Origin: Alphaproteobacteria bacterium
Lineage (GTDB): Bacteria > Pseudomonadota > Alphaproteobacteria > CAAHEQ01 > UBA3637
DNA length: 64,000 bases
Direction of reading: 5' to 3'
Assembly: GCA_017412085.1 (NCBI GenBank)
Contig: JAFPYS010000017.1
Coordinates: 2,969-66,968, forward strand
Positions 9,189 to 15,813 of the stretch are shown here, piece after piece (the stretch's first letter is position 1; the number at the start of each line of letters is the position of its first letter). The notes under the pieces were generated by a model. That model made no database searches and had not been told where the DNA came from. It was given only the letters and a program-made list of their open reading frames with translations. A program made the position numbers and the translations under genes.

Positions 9189-10181
9189 ATGCGCATCCAA
9201 AATGAGAAAGAGAGTACACATTGGTATAGTGCTATTGTTAGAATGGAAAGCCGTGCAATTCCGGGGAGCTCCGACCGAGTTGAATTAAAACCTGTTTACG
9301 GCTATCGTCTAAGTTTTTTTGCAACCGGATGTACTCCAGATGAACGATTGTACGCTCAAAAAAAATGGGAAAATCGCGGTGTTAAAGGCGAATTAAAGGT
9401 AATGGATCACAGCGAAGAAGGATTGCCCAAAGGGGAATATTTCTTGGAAGTCTCTGATCCCAAAAGCATAGCGAATTTGGAAGCATATTTTTCCAGCGCT
9501 TATAAGATGGATTTAGATGTAAATCGCTTTACCGAATTGGCCGGAAAAAGCTTTCCAGTTCTCTCAACCCCAACAAAGGATATTTCTAACAAAATTGAAG
9601 AGCATACAGCGCTATATTACAAAGTACAACAAGATTGGGATGAGATTTTGTTACAAAACGGCAAAAGGGCATTACGCATTAATCTGGATAGGATGGCCGA
9701 AGAAGATGTCCACAAAATGATTGATCGTTTACGGGCTCTTGGGATAGATGAAAAATACCTAAAACCCCGAATTGCCACCGCGAATTCTGGACATGTAAAA
9801 GCTGGAGACAGAACGATTAGGATTCAAGGCGCCGCCAATCTAGAGCGGATGACTGTGTTATTCAATCATGCTCAAAGACCTAATGAGAAATGGGAATGGA
9901 GAAACTTAAACAATTGGCACACACAAAACGTAATGACTCCAGATGGAAAAAAACACCCCAGATTACTGTTTAATTTGGAAAATTTAACAGAAGTTCAACG
10001 TCAGCATATGCTAAGTGTGTTAGACGATTTATCTGTTGTTTATGAAGGGCACAAAAAAACAGAAGGATTTCCCTTCGAACACTTAACTGTAACAGGAAAG
10101 GAATCTGTTGAAGCGCTAAAAGAATTTACCAAACATTGGACGCGTTCAACCAATGGAAGAAACTTTAGTAGAGGAGAATAG
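9189..10181 (+). CDS. Hypothetical protein translationally coupled to gyrA
   Basis: The ATG follows the gyrA TAA directly (9186-9191). AAGGAGG lies at 9177-9183, inside the gyrA 3' end. 330 aa with no family recognised. Confidence 0.65.
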   Translation: MRIQNEKESTHWYSAIVRMESRAIPGSSDRVELKPVYGYRLSFFATGCTPDERLYAQKKWENRGVKGELKVMDHSEEGLPKGEYFLEVSDPKSIANLEAYFSSAYKMDLDVNRFTELAGKSFPVLSTPTKDISNKIEEHTALYYKVQQDWDEILLQNGKRALRINLDRMAEEDVHKMIDRLRALGIDEKYLKPRIATANSGHVKAGDRTIRIQGAANLERMTVLFNHAQRPNEKWEWRNLNNWHTQNVMTPDGKKHPRLLFNLENLTEVQRQHMLSVLDDLSVVYEGHKKTEGFPFEHLTVTGKESVEALKEFTKHWTRSTNGRNFSRGE

Positions 10182-10185
10182 TCAG

Positions 10186-10404
10186 ATGTGTCCATGTCCA
10201 TTTTGCACTGGTGTTTTGTTACTTTTATGTCCATTGCTATTGTTTAAAAAAACACGCACCTGGTTAAAAAACAAAATCAAGCGACATCATAAACATTGTG
10301 AAACTTGTCAGCATGCCGAACATGAACATTGCAAGGAAGAACACATTAAATGTACATGCGAACAATGTAAACACAAACAACAAAAAAATAAAAAAAGAAA
10401 ATAA
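10186..10404 (+). CDS. Small Cys/His-rich membrane-anchored protein (72 aa)
   Basis: MCPCPFCTGVLLLLCPLLLF is followed by a basic tail with CETCQHAEHEHCKEEHIKCTCEQCKH (10 Cys and 8 His in total). GAGGAG lies 9 nt upstream. A terminator follows. Confidence 0.55.
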   Translation: MCPCPFCTGVLLLLCPLLLFKKTRTWLKNKIKRHHKHCETCQHAEHEHCKEEHIKCTCEQCKHKQQKNKKRK

Positions 10405-10432
10405 AAAAAGCCCGAGCAATCGGGCTTTTAAT
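10403..10432. terminator. Bidirectional rho-independent terminator
   Basis: AGCCCG (10409-10414) pairs with CGGGCT (10421-10426), flanked by an A-run and a T-run. Confidence 0.8.
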
Positions 10433-10433
10433 T

Positions 10434-10688
10434 TTATTCGGCCATTCCTAAAAGCTTTTTATATTCATCCCTTAAAAACTCTGTTTCGGCGCGATCGGCG
10501 GGATCCATCTTCCTAAGGCGCAACACTTGACGCATTACTTTGACATCAAATCCGGCCCCTTTTGCTTCGGCAAAAACCTCCCGAATATCTGCCGCCAATT
10601 CACTTTTTTCTTGTTCTAATCGCTCAATACGATCAATAAATGTGTTCAGCTTTCCCGCATCATTCGTGACGTTTTGTTCTTCAGACAT
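10434..10688 (-). CDS. gapR: DUF2312/UPF0335 nucleoid-associated protein (GapR family)
   Basis: 84 aa. L..FIDRIERLEQEKSELAADIREVFAEAKGAGFDVKVMRQVLRLRK closely resembles Caulobacter GapR. Confidence 0.85.
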   Translation of the reverse strand: MSEEQNVTNDAGKLNTFIDRIERLEQEKSELAADIREVFAEAKGAGFDVKVMRQVLRLRKMDPADRAETEFLRDEYKKLLGMAE

Positions 10689-10706
10689 TCTCTCCCCCTT
10701 TAATCT

Positions 10707-11234
10707 TTATTTTTTAATTGTCTTAACCGCAACGGCCACAGCTGCATTCAAATCTGTTTCGGAACACAACCCTAATGTTACCGGGTTGCGTGCTTGAATA
10801 TTGTGATAATTTTTGTGTGTCTTTTCACGAATCGCCACAATTGTCGGCTTCGTTGTTTTTAACAACTTAACAATCTGGGCATCAGACAATTCAGGATGGT
10901 TTTTAACCAGCCACAAAATACCGGATGGACGATCCAATCTTTTGGATTGAGACACATAACGAGATCCCTTGCTAAGCAACTTTTCAATCTCGGGATGCTC
11001 GGACAAGCACAACCCCATCTCGGGATTCGCCTCACAACGCTTAATTTCTTCCATTGTTAATTGTTCATTCGCAATCGGATCTAAGCCACGGATGTTTGTC
11101 GCCACATCGCCATCGGCAATTGCCTGAACTTCCAATGTGTGCATTCCACAAAAATCAGCAATCTGTTTAAACGTCAAACTTGTATTTTCAACCAACCAAA
11201 CGGCTGTTGCTTTGGGCATTAAAGGTAAAGTCAT
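10707..11234 (-). CDS. DUF1013 family protein, alphaproteobacterial; annotated in some databases as cell-cycle regulator TrcR
   Basis: MTLPLMPKATAVWLVENTSLTFKQIADFCGMH is the characteristic DUF1013 N-terminus. I prefer the ATG at 11234 over the GTG at 11243. Confidence 0.8.
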   Translation of the reverse strand: MTLPLMPKATAVWLVENTSLTFKQIADFCGMHTLEVQAIADGDVATNIRGLDPIANEQLTMEEIKRCEANPEMGLCLSEHPEIEKLLSKGSRYVSQSKRLDRPSGILWLVKNHPELSDAQIVKLLKTTKPTIVAIREKTHKNYHNIQARNPVTLGLCSETDLNAAVAVAVKTIKK

Positions 11235-11370
11235 TTTATACACCTTTCGTTAGGATTGAACTGGCCGCAGTATAGCTCTTTTACGCTTAAAAGTCAAGGA
11301 AAAATTATCTGCGTGACAAATCTTATTTAATATGTTATGCTAAAATCAGATTTAATAAAAAGGAGGAAAA

Positions 11371-11904
11371 ATGAAAAAAACACTTTTAGCTTTATTTGCT
11401 TTACTTGCTTGCTCTGCTGCCCACGCAGAATTTTATGTTGGTGCGGGTTATGGCCTGTCTGTCAATCATGGCTCAGTTATAGAAGACGGTTTTAAAACAA
11501 AATATAAAGATTCTGCGGCCTATTCTTTGTCCGGCGGACTTGTGATGCCACTTCCATTGTTTGATTTTCGCACAGAGTTGGAATACTTCCACACACGGCC
11601 TGAAACAAAATCTCTGGGCACAAAAAAATTGAATGCGGTTATGGTTAATGCCACCGGGGTTATTCCTTTGATTCCCTTTATCGATCCATACGTTGGAATG
11701 GGTGTCGGTTATGGACGCTATGACCACAACAATTCTTCAGCTTGGCAATTATTGGCTGGTGTTGAATACAACTTTTTATCAAACCCGTTTGTTATTGGTG
11801 CAGAATATCGCTTCTTTAACTTGACAGAAGACGGCGGAAAGGGGTCGGATAAATCCAAATATTCTACACACGGTGTAATGCTTAAGTTGAAATATACTTT
11901 TTAA
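11371..11904 (+). CDS. Small outer-membrane beta-barrel protein
   Basis: Signal peptide MKKTLLALFALLACSAAHA, alternating aromatic/Gly strands and a C-terminal ...LKLKYTF. AAGGAGG RBS. Confidence 0.75.
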   Translation: MKKTLLALFALLACSAAHAEFYVGAGYGLSVNHGSVIEDGFKTKYKDSAAYSLSGGLVMPLPLFDFRTELEYFHTRPETKSLGTKKLNAVMVNATGVIPLIPFIDPYVGMGVGYGRYDHNNSSAWQLLAGVEYNFLSNPFVIGAEYRFFNLTEDGGKGSDKSKYSTHGVMLKLKYTF

Positions 11905-12266
11905 GCTTTTAAGTTTTTATCAATTGTTGCAAAAAACGATGCGATTGCGATCGGTTTTGGGATGTAATCATCGCAACCTGCGTTCAGGGCTTTGTCTGCA
12001 TCTTGCTTTAATGCAAACGCAGAAACAGCTATAATTTTAGGCTGAGAAATAGAGCTCATTTTTCGGATTCGCTGAGTTACCTCCAATCCAGAAATCGTTG
12101 GCAATTGAATATCCATTAACACCAAATCCGGTTGCTTACTTTCTATCATTTTTAATGCAGAAGGTCCGTCGGTTGCCTCTAAAACAACATACCCTTTTGC
12201 GTTTAACAAATCCACAAAAAGACGACGATTCAGCTCATTATCTTCCACAACCAATATCGTGCTCAT
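11901..12266 (-). CDS. divK: Single-domain CheY-like response regulator, DivK-like
   Basis: ILVVEDNELNRRLFVDLLNAKGY...PDLVLMDIQLPTISGLEV...YIPKPI is very similar to Caulobacter DivK. Confidence 0.65.
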   Translation of the reverse strand: MSTILVVEDNELNRRLFVDLLNAKGYVVLEATDGPSALKMIESKQPDLVLMDIQLPTISGLEVTQRIRKMSSISQPKIIAVSAFALKQDADKALNAGCDDYIPKPIAIASFFATIDKNLKA

Positions 12267-13012
12267 TTTCTTTTCCTTCTGTGTCTGTCTTTTCCAAAAA
12301 ATTCTTCTTCAGAAACTTTTACTTCTTGCAATTGCCACTGTTCTTGGCGTGGAAAATGCGTCTTAATCATCTCATCTTTATCCGTGAAAAACCACGTATC
12401 TGTTACCATTCTATTCCTTGGTTCATATGTTTTTTTATTACGCATGCGTTTGCGCAATTCGGATTTATATCGCACGTTGCCATACACATCCGAAAAGACG
12501 GGTTTAGCAGTTTCTCCCAGCGCCCAGGTGGGATCCAAATATTCCCATGTATCCGCAATTTTAATAACCAGCCAACGGTGTCCAATATTCGCTTTTTTCT
12601 TGCGTGATTGATCCATATTGGTCCATCCATCCACTGCCTGTACATTCAGCCCTGCCCTCAAAGCCATTTCTTGATATAAATTGGCAATATCTTCACACAC
12701 GCCCACTCGCGTTTCCAGTATATGCCCCGACTCCGGTAACTGCGCCAAGCGTCCCTTTAACCGAGGATTTTCCAATAATTTGGCTTTGTATGCATCATAA
12801 TCTATATTTTGCACAATCCACGCATAAATAGACCGCGCTTTATCAATGTCATTATGATATGGCTTCGTTAAATATTCGACTAATACATTCATATCTTTTT
12901 CCGATTTTATTTGTGGCGCCTTAAATGCATAGGCATCAATTCCCTCATAGTTTACAGCAAAAACTGAGGTCGCCCAACAAAGCATAGCTAAAAAAAATAT
13001 AAAGCGTTTCAT
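12263..13012 (-). CDS. Secreted transglutaminase-like cysteine protease superfamily protein
   Basis: Start at MKRFIFFLAMLCWATSVFA (signal peptide). The core contains GVCEDIANLY...GHRWLVIKI...YLDPTW (Cys-His-Asp). Its stop overlaps the divK start (ATGA). Confidence 0.7.
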   Translation of the reverse strand: MKRFIFFLAMLCWATSVFAVNYEGIDAYAFKAPQIKSEKDMNVLVEYLTKPYHNDIDKARSIYAWIVQNIDYDAYKAKLLENPRLKGRLAQLPESGHILETRVGVCEDIANLYQEMALRAGLNVQAVDGWTNMDQSRKKKANIGHRWLVIKIADTWEYLDPTWALGETAKPVFSDVYGNVRYKSELRKRMRNKKTYEPRNRMVTDTWFFTDKDEMIKTHFPRQEQWQLQEVKVSEEEFFGKDRHRRKRK

Positions 13013-13233
13013 CAGGACAACAATAGCGTCCTTTTTCAAAAAACGCAAGCAAAAATTCTTTTTGAAAAATACCTTGCTATTTATTTTTTTTCTACCTATA
13101 ATGACCTTGTCTTTGACAAAAGACGACCTATAGGTTTTTGATAAAAGACATCTTTTATTAATTGGCCTTGAAGGCGGTACTGTCGAATTTAATAGCCGAT
13201 GATAAGGCAAATTAATAAAGGAGTATAGACAAC

Positions 13234-13437
13234 ATGTTGTCAGGAAAAGTTAAATGGTTTAATTACAAAAAAGGTTATGGATTCATTACCCCAGACGAAG
13301 GTGAAAAAGATGTGTTCGTGCATATCACAGCCGTTCATGAAGCTGGGTTACGTGGTTTAGACGAAGGTCAAGCTATTTCTTATGAATTAAAAGAAGAAAA
13401 TGGCAAAACCTGCGCCACAAACTTAACCTTGAAGTAA
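13234..13437 (+). CDS. cspA: Cold-shock domain protein
   Basis: GKVKWFNYKKGYGFITPDEGEKDVFVH carries the RNP1/RNP2 motifs. 67 aa. Confidence 0.9.
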   Translation: MLSGKVKWFNYKKGYGFITPDEGEKDVFVHITAVHEAGLRGLDEGQAISYELKEENGKTCATNLTLK

Positions 13438-13456
13438 AAAATCAAACTTTAAAGTT

Positions 13457-13488
13457 ACCCCGCCAATTAAGACGGGGTTTCTTTTTTT
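13457..13488. terminator. Terminator shared by cspA (+) and the small ORF (-)
   Basis: ACCCCG (13457-13462) pairs with CGGGGT (13473-13478), followed by a T-rich run. Confidence 0.7.
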
Positions 13489-13564
13489 ATTTTTTGCTGT
13501 CTTTTGGTTTCCCTGGCTTCTTGGTGCCACAACCACAACCGCATCCATCCAAATTCATACGCAT
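13487..13564 (-). CDS. Unannotated 25-aa Cys-rich basic peptide MRMNLDGCGCGCGTKKPGKPKDSKK
   Basis: Translated by hand; too short for the ORF track. AAAGGAG lies 7 nt upstream of the ATG. It has its own TTGACA-17-TATATA promoter, and its stop abuts the cspA terminator. Confidence 0.4.
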   Translation of the reverse strand: MRMNLDGCGCGCGTKKPGKPKDSKK

Positions 13565-13579
13565 TTTAAGCTCCTTTCA

Positions 13580-13594
13580 GACACATTCTGTGTC
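13580..13594. promoter_or_regulatory. Perfect 6-3-6 palindrome GACACAttcTGTGTC between the promoter and RBS of the 25-aa ORF; candidate operator or 5' hairpin
   Basis: Seen directly. It lies about at the predicted transcription start of the minus-strand promoter. Confidence 0.3.
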
Positions 13595-13600
13595 GTTTGT

Positions 13601-13629
13601 TATATAAAAACAGATAAAAAGCTTGTCAA
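13601..13629 (-). promoter_or_regulatory. Sigma70-like promoter for the 25-aa ORF
   Basis: On the minus strand: TTGACA (13629-13624), 17 nt spacer, TATATA (13606-13601). Confidence 0.5.
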
Positions 13630-13651
13630 TCTAGACTTTTTTTGCTATCTT
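13623..13651 (+). promoter_or_regulatory. Candidate promoter giving a leaderless lipoprotein mRNA
   Basis: TTGTCA (13623-13628), 17 nt spacer, TATCTT (13646-13651), then 7 nt to the ATG at 13659 with no SD. Its -35 box overlaps the divergent -35 box. Confidence 0.35.
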
Positions 13652-13658
13652 AAAGTCT

Positions 13659-14036
13659 ATGAGAAAAATAAGTATTTTGACTTTATTGTTAGTAAGCGCT
13701 TGTGCCTATCATAATCCATTGGACAAGGCTGATTTTCGTTTCCAAACACTCAATACACCTCCCTACGTTTTGTCCGGTTGGTACCGTGTGGATAAGCCCG
13801 GAGAACCTTTAACTGTTTATGTTGAAAAAGAACAAATGGACACCGAACAAAGAGAGGCTGCCGTTAAAGATAAATCATCCAATGTTGCTTATTTGGGGCG
13901 CCCCTGTCAGTATTTTGAGACAGATGTTTGTAAAGAAAAACAAGACGCGACCAAGCAAACAAAAGCCATCAAAAAAGGTATTACACAATTACAAAAAAAG
14001 GCCGCAACAAATACCGTTGTTGTGAAAGGATTTTAA
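13659..14036 (+). CDS. Small lipoprotein; resembles only the N-terminal part of an alpha/beta-hydrolase-like lipoprotein family
   Basis: Lipobox LLLVSAC. 125 aa. Contains NVAYLGRPCQY. No GxSxG nucleophile motif. Confidence 0.6.
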   Translation: MRKISILTLLLVSACAYHNPLDKADFRFQTLNTPPYVLSGWYRVDKPGEPLTVYVEKEQMDTEQREAAVKDKSSNVAYLGRPCQYFETDVCKEKQDATKQTKAIKKGITQLQKKAATNTVVVKGF

Positions 14037-14984
14037 ATGAAAGTATGGATTTTAGCGGATGATCGCGCGGGTAATGTCAATCAATTATTGGGCATTGCCG
14101 AAGCATTGGGCCATCCTTATGAACGCAAGGACATTCGGTATAACAAATGGATTCGCTTGCCAAACTGGTTGCGCGGACGCACCTTTATTGGGTTAGATTC
14201 TAAGTACAAAAAAGATCTGCTTTCTCATTTTCCAGATGTTGTTTTAAGTGCCGGCCGGCGCAGTTTTCCGATTGCGAGAGCTATTAAGCGTTTAAGTAAA
14301 GGAAAAACAAAAATCGTACAGTTGATGAATCCTTTAAATGGTGCGAAAGATGCAGATTTAATCGTCTTACCCCTTCATGATAATTATAAAGGACATGCAA
14401 AAAATGTTATCCAGGTTCTTGGTACCCCTCATCGCATCACAGAAGCCCGCTTAAAAAAAGAAAAAGAAAAGTGGGCAAAAAAATTAGGGCAATTTCCTAA
14501 ACCTCGTGTTGCCTTATTAGTGGGCGGCACAACAAAAGGCAAAGAATTTACGATCGAAATGGGAAATGCTTTGATTCAATCTGTCACCGCGCTAAAGCCA
14601 GGCAGCGTAATTACAACAACATCACGTCGCACCCCCAAAAAAATTGTGGAATTATTACAAAAGAAATTGCCAAAAAATAAATTTTTCTATCGTTTTGGCG
14701 ATAAAGCAGAAAACCCCTATTTCGGATTATTGGCTTGGGCAGATATGATTGTGGTAACAGGCGATTCCATGTCCATGTGTTCGGAATGTTGCGGCACAAA
14801 CAAACCCGTTTACATTTTTACGCCGGAAGGGATGGTCAGCGAAAAGCACGCTCGTTTCCATAAATTACTGTATAAAGGCGGGTATGCCATGGATGCATTG
14901 AAGCCCGGCAAAATAAAACCCAAATACTTGAATCCAGCGCCAGATATCGCACAAAAGATACAAATGCTGGTACATTTAAACTGA
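14037..14984 (+). CDS. ELM1/DUF1022 family protein (mitochondrial fission ELM1-like)
   Basis: MKVWILADDRAGNVNQLLGIAEALG is the typical family N-terminus. 315 aa. The ATG abuts the upstream TAA. Confidence 0.8.
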   Translation: MKVWILADDRAGNVNQLLGIAEALGHPYERKDIRYNKWIRLPNWLRGRTFIGLDSKYKKDLLSHFPDVVLSAGRRSFPIARAIKRLSKGKTKIVQLMNPLNGAKDADLIVLPLHDNYKGHAKNVIQVLGTPHRITEARLKKEKEKWAKKLGQFPKPRVALLVGGTTKGKEFTIEMGNALIQSVTALKPGSVITTTSRRTPKKIVELLQKKLPKNKFFYRFGDKAENPYFGLLAWADMIVVTGDSMSMCSECCGTNKPVYIFTPEGMVSEKHARFHKLLYKGGYAMDALKPGKIKPKYLNPAPDIAQKIQMLVHLN

Positions 14985-14991
14985 AAAACCC

Positions 14992-15020
14992 TTGATTTTT
15001 TTGGCTTTTTGAGGTATAAT
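14992..15020 (+). promoter_or_regulatory. Sigma70-like promoter of tRNA-Arg
   Basis: TTGATT (14992-14997), 17 nt spacer, TATAAT (15015-15020). The tRNA starts 13 nt downstream. Confidence 0.55.
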
Positions 15021-15032
15021 ATCTTCCATCAA

Positions 15033-15109
15033 GCGCCTGTAGCTCAGCTGGATAGAGTGTTGCCCTCCGAAGGCAAAGGTCGTGAGTTCGAATCTCGCCA
15101 GGCGCGCCA
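15033..15109 (+). tRNA. tRNA-Arg (anticodon CCG), with encoded CCA
   Basis: Cloverleaf folded by hand. Acceptor GCGCCTG pairs with CAGGCGC, anticodon loop CTCCGAA, T-loop GGTTCGAATC-type, 3' GCCA. Confidence 0.95.
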
Positions 15110-15128
15110 CTTTTATAAAGGAGGCCTT

Positions 15129-15455
15129 ATGACCGAAAATACTCAAATGCAAAACGAAGAAATGGCTGTTGCGGAAGTTAAATTTTTATTTGCCCGCGAA
15201 GAGGCTAGAAAACACGGACACGAGTTTTCAAACGCAGAGGACGAAAAAACTGCAACAGAAAGATTTGATTGCCTCTCCCCCGAAGACAAACGTTACTGGT
15301 TGGATCATGTTTTCGAAATAGAAAGGAAAATGGTCAAATTTGGCACGAGAGATCTTCGAATTTTTTATCCAAATAACGCCCGCAAAACAATATCTCCAGT
15401 CTCCAAGGCACAACAAATGACGCGCAATTTTCGGCGTCGGGGCTCCCGCGGTTAA
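15129..15455 (+). CDS. Hypothetical 108-aa protein between two tRNA genes
   Basis: ATG at 15129 preceded by AAAGGAGG. The longer ORF-track version (15009) runs through the tRNA and is rejected. Confidence 0.55.
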   Translation: MTENTQMQNEEMAVAEVKFLFAREEARKHGHEFSNAEDEKTATERFDCLSPEDKRYWLDHVFEIERKMVKFGTRDLRIFYPNNARKTISPVSKAQQMTRNFRRRGSRG

Positions 15456-15472
15456 ACCACTCAAAATATCTC

Positions 15473-15501
15473 TTGCATTTTGGGGCAAAATCTGCTAGAA
15501 T
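15473..15501 (+). promoter_or_regulatory. Sigma70-like promoter of tRNA-Gln
   Basis: TTGCAT (15473-15478), 17 nt spacer, TAGAAT (15496-15501). Confidence 0.5.
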
Positions 15502-15523
15502 ATCTTTTATCCAATCAGATAAT

Positions 15524-15598
15524 TGGGGTGTCGCCAAGTGGTAAGGCAACGGTTTTTGATACCGTCATTCGTTGGTTCGAATCCAGCCACCCCAGCCA
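15524..15598 (+). tRNA. tRNA-Gln (anticodon TTG), with encoded CCA
   Basis: Nearly colinear with E. coli tRNA-Gln (TGGGGTGTCGCCAAGTGGTAAGGCA...TTTTGAT...GGTTCGAATCC...CCCCAGCCA). Confidence 0.95.
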
Positions 15599-15607
15599 AG
15601 TCCTAGA

Positions 15608-15636
15608 AGTCGTCAAAATTGACGACTTTTTCTTTT
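15608..15636 (+). terminator. Rho-independent terminator after tRNA-Gln
   Basis: AGTCGTC (15608-15614) pairs with GACGACT (15621-15627), followed by a T-run. Confidence 0.85.
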
Positions 15637-15813
15637 AAAACCAAAATTATTCATGTTTGCGTATAATCATCCAAAAATAAAATCTTATATCAATATTTAA
15701 TTCTAAAAAAGATTGCAATAAATTTCATTCTAGCATAGGTTAAATACAGAAAGGTGTGATACATAATGACAAGCCCCAGAATCGTACTAAAACAACTTTC
15801 AAAGACTTACTGA

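Noticed and set aside
12098-12607. 169-aa plus-strand ORF
   Set aside because: It is antisense to divK and the transglutaminase-like gene, with no start signals.
15009-15455. 148-aa ORF-track version starting at 15009
   Set aside because: Its first 34 codons or so are simply tRNA-Arg (15033-15109) read as protein. A strong RBS precedes the internal ATG at 15129, which I use instead.
15334-15549. 71-aa minus-strand ORF
   Set aside because: It overlaps tRNA-Gln and is antisense to the 15129-15455 ORF. It has no RBS.
15811-15813. Idea that TGA encodes Trp (genetic code 4), prompted by the in-frame TGA in the GNAT gene
   Set aside because: Several well-delimited genes end at TGA with normal lengths (ELM1-like at 14984, oadG at 39095, the PAS-GGDEF gene at 57379, the DUF2062 gene at 48565). 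TGA is therefore a stop codon here.
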